A stretch of 60,440 bases of DNA, the filler included, from Sphacelaria rigidula (lineage: Eukaryota), in assembly GCA_964200075.2 (NCBI GenBank). It is 3 parts of 3 records of this genome, joined end to end, with 100 filler letters (N's around TTAATTAATTAA, not from the genome) between each part and the next. Parts side by side here need not be neighbours in the genome. Positions count along the whole stretch, not along the records: positions 1 to 20,091 come from CAXNAA020000570.1; 2 more parts are not named here. One strand, written 5' to 3'. Of this stretch, positions 1 to 10,953 are shown piece after piece. The translations under genes and the position numbers were made by a program. The notes beneath the pieces are model-generated. The model saw only the letters and a list, made by a program, of their open reading frames with translations. It was not told the DNA's origin and ran no database searches. Numbering within the stretch: the stretch's first letter is position 1; the number at the start of each line of letters is the position of its first letter.

Positions 1-509
1 GGAAAAAAAATGTTTGGTCCATGGACTCCCCCATCTTGGTGCAAGAAACATAGCCGGGACATGAGCTAAATTCCCCCCCCCCCCCCCGCGCGCTTGTTTG
101 GTCTCTATTTTCCTTCGATATCCAAACCACGGCAAAATAAAACCAGAAAAACACTCGACGGGAGTACGGTCACGCTGTCTAAGTCCTACTTGAGGTTAAA
201 AAACAAAAGCAAGGAAAAATGATGACACTCCGAAAACGGAAAACACATTCATGTTAATTCTAAGTTCCCGAGTCACCGCCTCTGATACACCCGCCTTACA
301 AGGAGTAGGGAAATCGAAAGGAGGCGGTAACTCCGGCTCCGGATGTTCGATCCATCAACAGAAGTCCACAAGAAAACGACAAGATGGAAATGAGTGAAGT
401 CTTCTCCGAGCTCCAGCCAATACATAAATCATTTGCCTCATCCTCCTGCTCGTTCTTGCATGTAGATTCCCTGCGCTCCGACCAGCTCCCTTCGCCGCGC
501 TCAGGATAG

Positions 510-573
<64 letters not shown>

Positions 574-849
574 TGANNNNNNTTTCTGTTTTTTTTCTCT
601 CTCTTTTTCCAACCTTCCCTATCATCTCTATTTCCCCCCCCCCCCCCCCCCCCTACTCCCTCACGATTGCCAGGTTCCAAACATCAAACTCACCCGTCCA
701 CCACGTCTAGGTCCACCTCGATCCGCCCTGAGCTATCACCAAACACGCGCAGAATATTTGACGGCGTTTCGCCGCACGTGAATGTGCCAGCATCAGTACC
801 AACCACCACAACCAACGCAAATCAAAACGCCCTGCCCATTTACCAGCCA

Positions 850-1189
850 TGTGTGTGTGTGTTGCCGTCCCATCTATTCTGGACGCCGGTCTACACCTTC
901 CGGTATATGTGGGCGCACCAGCCGGGATCACACAGGAGGAAGGTCAACACAGGAGCTTTTTCTCTTCTATTTGTTTTTAGTACTCCACCTTCCTTCTGCG
1001 GTGTTTGCCTTTATTTTTTATCGCGAGAGGGGTTCAGCAGCCCCTTTGTCGACCGTTGAGTCGTATTTTTTGTACCCACGACGTTGGGCATGGTGTGAGA
1101 AAAAATACCCATACCGCTCCGAGAATTGATCCCAAGACCCAACCGTCGGAAGGTTTCGACGTTAACAATTGAGCCACCGGGGCGACCGG
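850..1189 (-). mobile_element. tRNA-derived SINE, family A
   Basis: Minus strand begins CCGGTCGCCCCGGTGGCTCAATTG (A-box-like) and ends GGTGTAGACCGGCGTCCAGAATAGATGGGACGGCAAC(AC)n. Colinear with the copy at 51743-52113. Confidence 0.85.
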
Positions 1190-1194
1190 CTCTT

Positions 1195-1749
1195 GCGCGA
1201 AATATTTGGCGGTTTTCACCAGCATGTGGATATTCCAGCACCAGTCCCCCGATCGACCACGGCTCTCATCGAGGGTGGCTCACTTGAGGTGGATGGCGTG
1301 TTTTCGACCCAAATCCATAATACGGAGAGTGCTCCTGCTGACCTGGGTTCTCCTCCAGCTCCACCCCCTTGCACAACTGCCAACCTGCAGAGACCATTTT
1401 GAAATACACATAGGAAGGAGCCCACGATGTCAGAGTTGTACACGTCTGGCCCATCTTTCCTTCGTCCCGACATCTTATACCCCGGCGCCACGTAATCCCC
1501 ACCACGTTCGTGCGCCGTCGTGCGCCTCGACAAGTGGATGCGATAGTTTCGGTATTGCGCATTATCGCCTTTGACCTGTACCAGTTCACCCAACCAATAT
1601 TTCAATATCATCTGCCGGCCGTACTGCTCGAGGTCGGCTTCACGTTCCCATCTAGGAACATTCAAACCGCCCCAATACGTGAGGTATTGCACCGCCACCT
1701 CACCACCCACATTCCGAGACAACCTGTTCGTCACCAATTTTTTTAGCAA
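1195..1749 (-). pseudogene. Integrase C-terminal chromodomain plus a further ~130-aa extension
   Basis: VQYLTYWGGLNVPRWEREADL fits the chromodomain pattern (YLvkWkg....tWE.e.nL). It lies directly after integrase. Confidence 0.75.
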
Positions 1750-1989
1750 TATTTCGGAGTTTGTCCAACTCCATCGTGACGTCCGCCGCCGTTAGATGTA
1801 GGAAGCGAGAGTTTGGAATATTCATTCATCACGTACTCGCTAAGCCCCCAAGGCAGAAATCTCGGTTTGTCCGACCCCTCATGGGGATTGTAAGACCTCT
1901 TAAACCTCGCCACTGACACCCTGGAATTAATGTTGGTACCTGGCCCGATTCGACGAATCTCCGCAAATAGTAAATTCTTACCCATCTGT

Positions 1990-3010
1990 TCACCCCCCGG
2001 CGTTACCCACGGTTCCACAAACAAGTATTTGTAAGGCCCTGTCTAACACTGAGCCAACTTCGCTGACAAAAGCCAAGGACATCCGGGCTGTACTGATAGC
2101 CACCTGCTCCGCCTGACTTCCCGCGGTGATGGTACATTTATCGTCATACACAAACATCCGCTGGCCCGCTTCCCATTTGGGCCGGCGGTTGGCCATTTCC
2201 TCCATTTCCTGGGTTTTGGCGTCGTGTTTTGTTTTCAATAGAAAATCCTCTTGCCTCACCAATTCATGCGCCTTTACCTGCCGTTCTTTCATCAACTCAA
2301 GATAATCCAACTGATCGGCCTTCAAACCCTGGTGCGCCCGCACCCCACGACCCTCCAGGATGATCCTTGGCATACGCAGGTAGCGTCCAATATGTACTTC
2401 ATTTGGAGACAACCCGGTACCTTTGTCATCCCAGTTACTTCGATCGTCCATCACCAAGTAATGCAGCATTTGGCATGAAGTGTGATTCAACTGCTCCGCC
2501 ATCCCATCCATCTGAGCATGATAGGAGCTTGTGAACCGTTGTACAGCGTCCATCATTTCGTACGTCGATCTTCACACAGCGGAAGTGAACTCCGCCCCCC
2601 GATCCGACAAGAAAGAGTGCCGGTAACCCCATCGTGACACATGATTCCCCACGATGATTGCAGCACACCCGGTTGCCGAGTGCTCTTCAGGGGTGATAGC
2701 GCAAGCTTCCGCGTGCCTACTGGACAGATCCACCATTAGGAAATGTGCCTGTTACATATTTTTTTTTGCGGCAGAGGGCCCAGAAAATCAAAAGCTACCA
2801 TTTTCCTTGGCCGACTAGGTAGTGACAGCGAGACTAGGGGCCACCGCACAGTATACCGATCAAATTTCTTGACCTGACACGAGTAGCAGCGTCGAATCCA
2901 GAATTTCACACTTTCCTTCACGCCTATCCACCAATATTATCGTTGCAGAAGAGAGATAGTCACTTTTCCCCAGATGCACTGCTTCTTTGTGCGTCTGGTT
3001 CATTACCCAG
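1990..3010 (-). pseudogene. Gypsy integrase (HHCC + DDE core), frameshifted
   Basis: H...H/C..C zinc motif, then D (AFDFLGP), D (SDRG) and E (MAEQLN) spread over several frames. Confidence 0.88.
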
Positions 3011-4109
3011 GGCCTCAGCATCAAAGGGACATGGGTTCTCACCGGTTCTTCCCCAAGGTATTGCTCAAAATTACCCGGATTATGATCCTCCGACTCCACC
3101 GGCGCGGCGGTCAGCGTTTTTAGTAGCAGTTTGCTACCGTCCGCAAGCTCAAACAATACTCCTTGTTTTCATAGAGTTTTCAGTTCTTTCACGTCGATCC
3201 CGCTATCCACTGAACTTTTCTCTTCCTTCGAGAGTGCCGTCTTCTCCTGTGAGAGATACATGGCAGTGGTTCGAGCGGTCAAGTCAGTTAGTTGGATTTT
3301 CGCCCAGTCACTTGCTGATCTGGCATACAATTGCTGCCCAAAATTACACGTTTCTGCCGCCCCTAATGTGGGCGCGGGAGTACCCGAACGGTGTTCTTCG
3401 GCCGACCCCGCCTCCCCATCCGTGATCACAACAATTTACGAGCCCGCCGTCTCGTGGAATAAATATTTGCCCACTTCAGTGACGGGGCAGGATTGTAAGT
3501 ACAACCCCGGTTCCCACAACCCACACACCACATCCGTAACACTCGGGGAGAGAAGCCGTGAGTCATCCTTCATCACTTCAGCTCACTTTCAGTCCCGTGT
3601 AGATCTCCTTGGCTTCATTCTCGTCTCAATACGTTCCCATGTAATATCCGCTATCTCTGACGAGAAGTCAGTGGAGCGCCCGAATGTGCACCCTCCCCCC
3701 TAAAAATTATCCCGGGGAGAAAGCCCATCCGAACTGGAATCATGGAAGGGTCCAAAATCCCGCGGCGCCACGCCACTGGCGCTGATGGAGTAAACATCCG
3801 CATCACTCGGGTCAAAGATTCGAAACTCTCCACTCACGTCTTCTTCGCTATGGTCCTTGGGAAGCCGCGATAGCATGTCGGCGTTTGCATTGGACACCCT
3901 TGGCTTGTAAAGTATCTGAGCTGTAGGCACTGAGAAAAGCTTGCCAGCGCTGGACCCTAGGCACTTTCTCAGCAAGAATGAGCAAACGGGGGAAAGGTTG
4001 ATGATCGTTGTAAATTTAGAAAGGAGCCCCATAGAACAGCAGCCGGTGTATTTTTACGGCCCGCACAATCGCACCTGCGTCCAGCTCGGTGGCAGTCCAC
4101 TTTCGCTCG

Positions 4110-5329
4110 TTAGGTGAAGTGCTTCACCGTCCGAATGGCGTTGCTCGACCATCGCACCCAAACCATCTCTACTCGCGTCCGTAACCAGCATAAAAGGACA
4201 AGCACCCGACATTGCACCAACATAATCCGGAAAATACAGAACATTCGAGCCGGGTAACTCTCCCAGAATTTCGCGCATCGTTTCCTCATGCTCAGGCGTG
4301 AGATGGAACTCGACCCCTTTTTCAACAACCCGTTGATGGCCTTCGTACAGGCCGCCATTTTGGGGATGCATGTGCGATAATAACTCGAACCCCCCATGAG
4401 CGAACGCAGCTCGGTCACAGTAGTAGGCATCGGCATGAGGCGCACATCGTCTACCTTCTTGGGGTCAGGCGAGATTCCGTCAGGCGAGATACGGTGACCA
4501 AGCAAGGTGACCTCAACCGCCCCTAAATGAGCCTTCTTCGGTGCCAGTTCAGGGTTGAGTTTGGTGAGGCGTTCCAAATAGGCCGACAGATCGTTCACAT
4601 GTTCAGCCCCATTTTTGCTGAACGTGCAAGTATCATCGATGTACAACTGGCAACGCACCAGACCCTCACACACCCGAGCCATGATGGATTGAAACCATCC
4701 CGGGCTCCCACTACATCCCATGGGCATCATCAACCATTCGCACAATCCCGATTGCGTACACACGGCGGTAAGTGGAATGGTATCAGGGTATATGGAGATT
4801 TTAAAATAACCCGACATAATATCGACGCAGGTAAAAACCTTGGCACCCCCGAGCTCGACCAACAGCTCGTCGATGGTAGGAATGGGCAGGGCAGGGGTGA
4901 CAGTGGCGTCATTGAGTTACCGATGATGTATGTCAAGCAAATACCCCCATATTTCTTGTTAACCACCACCAACGAGGAACTCCAACCTAAATAAGATCGG
5001 CGCAGGAGCCCTACCGCTAACAACCGGTCAATTTCGACCTGCACCTTCTGTTGCGTGGCCGGGTTGTGATGGTACGGCCGTTCTTTGGTGGGGGTAGCCG
5101 CAGGCTTCAGCGCGATTTTGAACGGGTCTACCGTGCAGTACCCCAAATCCATTTTATTCGCCGAAAATCTGGGAGAAACCTTGCCCAGCACTTCCGCCAA
5201 CTTACCAATATCTTCGACCTGCCAGTACTTGTCTTGTAAACCGAAAGTAATGCTATGTAAGAGTGGAAGAATACGTCCCCACAGCCGACGAAAAGCGGCA
5301 CGTTTCTCCGCGCATAAATCACCGAACAC
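4110..5329 (-). pseudogene. Gypsy reverse transcriptase (frameshifted)
   Basis: ORFs 4730..5329 and 4110..4862 carry PYHHNP...LLAVGLLRRS..WSS, LGGAKVFTCVDIMSGYF, YIDD (~4632-4643) and LLGHRISPDGISPDP. Confidence 0.93.
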
Positions 5330-8300
5330 GGCTCCGGCTGCGCCGGCTCGACTGCAAAAACGGCACTCGATGCCGAGTCCGACAACCTGGAAGTCTTCGC
5401 ATCATTGAGCGAGCAAGGTACCAACGGCAGCCTAGCTTACCCCAAGGTTATCTCAGGCGAGACCACCGCACATTCCACATCTGTAAAATGCGAAGGAATA
5501 ATCGAAAATTCCGCTTCCACGACCATTTCCGAGGGGGACGAACCCGCCTAAAATTCACATAATAATTACTCTCGGGGAACAGACCCCCCCCAGGCGTACG
5601 CAGTGTTTCGGGAACCCACGTCAACTCGTGCGTACATCGTCGACTGTTCAAGCATGTCCACAGCGTTTTGAACCCAGCGATCAAATGGGGTGGGTCCAAC
5701 AGCCACAACGGGCCCCGCGAGCGACATGATAGTTTTGACATCACTAACATCACGATACGAGCGCACCGGACACTGAGCTAAACCATAGTGACCCAGCAGA
5801 AAATCAAACGACATAATACCCTCCGGGGCAATTTGTGCGTAAATCGCGAAACAGGCACACGTGCCTGACGTCCGACCTTTGTGGGAACCGTCCACAAAAC
5901 GGATATTCAAGCGCACCTGCGAGCATGTTCTCGGAGGCACACCGTTGAACCCGCCCCGCGACACAGGATCAATGTCCCGCATCGCGACCCCGGATCCAGC
6001 CCCACACGTGACCATGGACATCCATACATTCCCAGGATAAACGTCGCAGGGCTCCCGCTATCCAGCAAAGTCGAGCAACCCCACACGCGAGTCGCCTTAG
6101 GCCCGCCAAACACCCCAACCCCTGCCGTCTTCCTTGCGCGATCGATTGACACATACCCACCCGAAACCTCCGCTATTTTCTTGAAGGTCCGGGCCTTGCC
6201 GCCCGCGCGGACCTTGACAGGGAATAGGATCGGGGGCACGAGGGGGTGGATCTACCATTTTGAAACGATTTCCGGATGAGTCAAGAGCGTAAATATGCTC
6301 CTCTGCGCAAATCGGACTACCTTCGTCGACATTACCAGCCACAGATCGTGCAGGGCGAACAGCCTCGGATGTTCCCGTGCCTCGTGAGGGACTGCACGGT
6401 TTCACGTGGTCGGGCACATCAACCACACTGCGTGGCACAGAGCCGGCAGTGGTCCCCGAGGTGACCTCCTCCGAACGTGTGTTGCGCTTGGCTGGCCTGT
6501 CCACCAAGATCCTCTGCAAGGAAAGTCGGTCGAAGCCTGGCCCACTCGAGTCTGGTCTGGAGCGAGATGAAGGAGACCCCCCCGTGGTGGCGCATGAGAC
6601 CGCCCCCCACTCAGGGTAACGGCGCCGAAAACATTGAAGGCCCCGTGCGCCATGGTGCGTTATGCTTCTCTCACCCTGGACGCATTCAACTGCTGGGCTC
6701 TCTCAACCATATGACGGTACCATCACATCAGGACCGTCCTTGTCCCTGCCGTCTGCCGGACGTGAGCAGCGCCAACCGCGACAGCTGGCCTGCACCAATG
6801 ACTCCTGTGCCCGCGCATCCACGCCATTGCGGGAAGAGGGACCGTCCGGGGCACTACGTCAAAACATGTCTCCTTCCCGTCGGTAAATCTCCACCCCGCA
6901 CGGCTGACGCGCGGTAGATTTTGCACGAAGCGCTAGGTCTGCCTCCGCCTCGCTAGTATCTCCCAAGGGTTGATCAGACCCCGCAGCCACCTCCAAAACA
7001 GAAACACCCCCCTCACCTTTACCGACACCCCCAGGCAGAAGGTACGCTGCCTCCTCGCCATAGTCCACACTGTGTCGGTGGGAGATGACAGAAAATTCGC
7101 CACATACGGCAGACTCGGCCTGCTGTGGAACCAATGACACAGGCGACCGACCTTTTCGAGCTCGACGAGTATCATTTTGCACTAACTCCTGTGCTGGCGG
7201 TAAAGCGGCCATAACTTTACAGTCGAATCCTAATTTCTTCTAAGGATGATTTTCAGTAAAGTAAGAGCGGAGGCGGTGCTGCCACCGCGCTCATTTCTGG
7301 CGACTCTCCTCCCGCGCACCACACCCATCGAGTGATGAATTACACCCAACTTGTTCATGTACTCTTCCGGACACTCGCGGGCCAAAGTATGGTCTAGCCT
7401 ACCGCGATTGAGACAATACGGTCCGAACGCGTGCTGCGCTTCGTTCTTCAGCTCCCGGGCGGGGACAGACTCGTAACACATAGGGCCCTTGCTCTTGCCG
7501 AACTTGTCCGAGTTACCCCACCCCACCATGTACACATATCCCATTTCCCAATTTTTGCGGTCGAAACTACGCACATGCGTGATACCCGTTCCACCGCCGC
7601 TCGCCGTGTCCCCCGCAGAGTCCGACACGAGACGTGGCGCATGCGTCCACATCGTGCGTGGCCGCGAACCATATAATTTGGCTATCGACATTACTAGTGA
7701 CTCAAAAGGCGTTGCACATTTCATCTCGACGCGCATGAACATGGCTACAGATCCCAGCGGATTGGACTCGGATGGCCTTTTCCATGGTCAACTGTTCTTG
7801 CTCCTGATCTGCGGTCATCTCAGCACCCAAAAATTGGCCATTTTATACCAAAATGCGGAGATTTCTCGAGTTTTCCGCAAAATACGTCCCCTCGGACGCC
7901 TGGCACTCAATCAATTCTTGTCAAACGGCATCCGGAGTGAGACTACTTAGTTCCGTACCAATAACCTGCACAAGGTACGCCAAGGTATCCGACCTTGAGG
8001 CACCCTCTGCCAGCAAACGAGTCACAGTTGACATTAAATTCGCAATTCGCATAATGACACTCGGCACGTTTAGAACGTCAGACTCCACGCGCCTCGAAAG
8101 CTCGCCTTGTCCACAACTCGGCCGTCTACTCGCTTTCGGCGCGTCAAGCGCGCGCATGAACACGCGCGTCGACCGCACCTGCGGGCACTGTTACCTACCT
8201 CGACAGCATCGGCAGTACGCCGTGCCGAACGGGTTCACCGTCTGGCACCTTCTGCGGAACTAGCCCAGCACAATTCACGCGGGGTGTTCACCGACACACT

Positions 8301-9980
8301 GTGAGGACTACCGCCCCACCGCGACCGCCCATCACGGTCTTTCTCAACACCGTCACACTCAGCACCGTCGCTATCATCACGGCGACGGGTATCTCCACCC
8401 TCACATACATCACACCGGACGTCCTCACCGGATACCGAGGTCGCACTCAACGTACGAACTGGCGGAAGTGCCGCCGCTTGACCGTTACTCTCCAAACAGG
8501 CGGAGCTAGATTCCCCGTCTAACTGTGCCAAGAGTTTGGGATCAAACCGTCGCCGTCGGTCGGGGATCGAATTGTCGTAAGAACACAAACCAAAAACCCC
8601 ACCACTGGCTACCGGCAAGCCGTCAAAAGGGGAACCGGGTTCAGCCCGACGTACCTAACTTTCTTCACCCTCCACATCACTCCCCGGCGGCGTAGATCCG
8701 GTCGAACCCGGCCACCCTCCGGCGACGGAGGGGGGCTTTCACCAACAGGTGCAGGTTTACAATCTAACTCATGAGACGAACTTTCTAAACGATCTGACAT
8801 GCGAGCAAACTGTACATTACGCATCGACGAATCCGACTCACAATCACCACGCGCCGCTCTAGCTGCGCGCGCCGCAACCCGACCCGGGGATACCGCTTGG
8901 CGTGGGGCTGCAGCAAGCCGCTGGGACCGCGTGACCGATCCTCTCCCCCCGCCCTTACCACGAGTATCCATCGCACCTGATACGACCAAAGCACTCGAAC
9001 AGACAGCCGCAAACTCGCAGAGAAGCAGCACAGCAAACCAGTCGTCGACGCCACTCCGAGGAACCTGATTTTCGCTCACGAGACACGGAGGTTCCTTCTT
9101 CTCGCGCGTAGATTCCTGTGTCTGTGTTGCAGTTGTGGGACTGGCTCTCGGAGCTGAGGCAAGCTGCTAAGGTAGTTGCAGGAGGTGTATCTTCGTGGAA
9201 GGGTGTACGTTGCTGGAGGGGAGTGGCCGAAACTCAAGTCGTGTAGGGTTTCATACATCGTTTATTATGCACACCAGTATCCTTACAGAAAACCAGGCCC
9301 AGTTGCTGAGAGGTTGGTGAGAAATGAACGAGGGTGGGGCGTGCCAAACTCTGCAAAGCCCACCCCAAAACACCACGAGAAGATGCTCCGCACCTGGTCG
9401 CCACATTTTAGCCGCTACGTCGACAGTTTCTCGGTGCGCTATTCGCCCCCAAAACGTCCCTAAACACCCAATCAGACACTTCTGGGTAAGAGAAAGGTCC
9501 TATATCCTTGACCCCCTCGCATCCACTTCAACACTGTCTGTGCAGCTCTCCTGCATCAACTGTCTGTGTCAAACTCTCCTGAAACGGTCAAAACCTACCC
9601 AATGCGGTACTGCGATCATACATACTTCACGAATACTCCGATACCGCCTCTTTTACCCACGATCACTGCTTATACCCACTATGTTCCAGTCTAGTTTCCC
9701 GACTGAGAACTGAGCTCAACACATTTGTACAAAACATTGGATTTTAGCCAAAGTTGCGCACGGACCTTGTAGATGTCAGTTTCTAGCGCTTATCTAGACG
9801 TTACAAAGCGTTTTTGCTGTTGACGTTGAGGAATACAAATCAATGAGATTGTCAGATTGGTCTACAGGTTCTGAATCGCTTCGTGTTTTTTTTTTTAATC
9901 AGTCCCTGCCCCCGTATTGGTGGCATGAATTCGTCGTCAAGCTTTGATCTCGCAAAGTCGTAGATGATGCTGTGCAAATA

Positions 9981-10070
9981 TTTGTTTGATTGATTGAATG
10001 ATTGTTGCATTTTACCTGATCCTCAGGGATCCAGCCACGGTCACATGATAGATGTACACGAGACAAACCA
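9981..10070 (-). repeat. (AATC)n-tailed retroposon 3' end, family C
   Basis: Reverse complement reads GACCGTGGCTGGATCCCTGAGGATCAG...TGCAACAATCATTCAATCAATC. Matches five other copies in the window. Confidence 0.7.
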
Positions 10071-10100
10071 TAAGTGGTTGAGCAAAAATAATCGTCCTGG

Positions 10101-10953
10101 GGGCGCTTTTCAACTAAGGGGATTATCCCCTTTTTCACACTCCCTTTTTGCCAGGGGATTGACCCCATCACGACCACTCCCGAGTCCTGTCGACAAGCAG
10201 TTTTGTACAGGTTGAACCCCAGATCTGCACGCGGGTTCAGAAATGCGGCGGATCCGGAAGTGGTCATTAGTCCAAGCAGGTTCAAGATCTGTGTAATGCT
10301 GCAGACAAGATACAACAAGGCAACACAACACGACACCTACACACCCAGCCCTGAAAAAATATGCACAGACACCCACCACTCACGCGCCTTTGTTTCACTG
10401 CAAGCCTTTGCAAATCTGCACACGGCAGTCTTTGTTTGACGGAAATCCGTTCTGTATTGGATAAATGGCGGCCGCGTGGGTGTCAATAACAACCAAGAAC
10501 GTGTCCTTGCTGACCGTTTTGTAAGCGTGTGCTGTGCGCGCGTCTCACACCAACCATCGTTTTACAATGAGTGTGCTCAACAGATTTTAGCAAGGTCACA
10601 CACAACGTGCACAGCTCATGATCAGCTACGGCTCGAGCAGTGTGTTTTTGGGTTGCGGGACCACCAAGTTCCTCAGGTTTAGCTCTGATTGTGTTGGGCT
10701 GTGTGGTGAGCTTTTGCATGTGCCCCTGTCAACGGAAAATGTATGTTCCTCTTCGAGGTGCACATAAATCCCCTTTCCAATAGGAGATTTCACGAAATGT
10801 TTTTGAACTTCATGAAATCCCCTCAACAAATGGGATTTCTGTGCACTTTGAGGCGATTTGTTTCGGAGGTGGTATCGCAGCGACCAATCAGCGGTCGTTT
10901 CTCGAAAAGGGGATTTTGAAAACGGGGATTACCCCCTTCGTTAAGAAGGGCCC
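10101..10953. mobile_element. MITE / non-autonomous DNA transposon with GGGC-starting TIRs (PIF/Harbinger-like)
   Basis: Left end GGGCGCTTTTCAACTAAGGGGATTATCCCCTTTTTCA. Right end (reverse complement) GGGCCCTTCTTAACGAAGGGGGTAATCCCCGTTTTCA. TTA follows on the right; the left TSD is not intact. Confidence 0.7.

Larger units (their letters stand above)
1190..9260 (-). mobile_element. Degenerate Ty3/Gypsy (chromovirus-type) LTR retrotransposon, gag-PR-RT-RH-IN-chromodomain, many frameshifts and stops
   Basis: Minus-strand domain order: gag-like region with a degenerate zinc knuckle (YCLNRGRLDHTLARECP, ~7370-7420); protease LLDSGSPATFI (~6040-6070); RT (DIMSGYFKI...MPMGCSGSP...LYIDD, ~4110-5200); RNase H (LVTDASRDGLGA ~4170; NANADMLSRLP ~3870); integrase (HKEAVHLG...CYSCQ, VAFDFLGPLP, SDRG, GMAEQLNH, ~2400-3000); chromodomain. 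RT-RH-IN order is Gypsy. LTRs not identified, so ends are approximate. Confidence 0.93.

Noticed and set aside
276..292. PBS-like GTGTATCAGAGG (reverse complement), similar to the tRNA-iMet PBS TGGTATCAGAGC
   Set aside because: The match is imperfect and at the wrong (3') end of the minus-strand Gypsy.
296..655. Poly-Gly/poly-Pro ORFs (also at 11569-12071 and 58068-58458)
   Set aside because: They come from G/C homopolymers next to N gaps. These are low-complexity or sequencing artefacts, not proteins.
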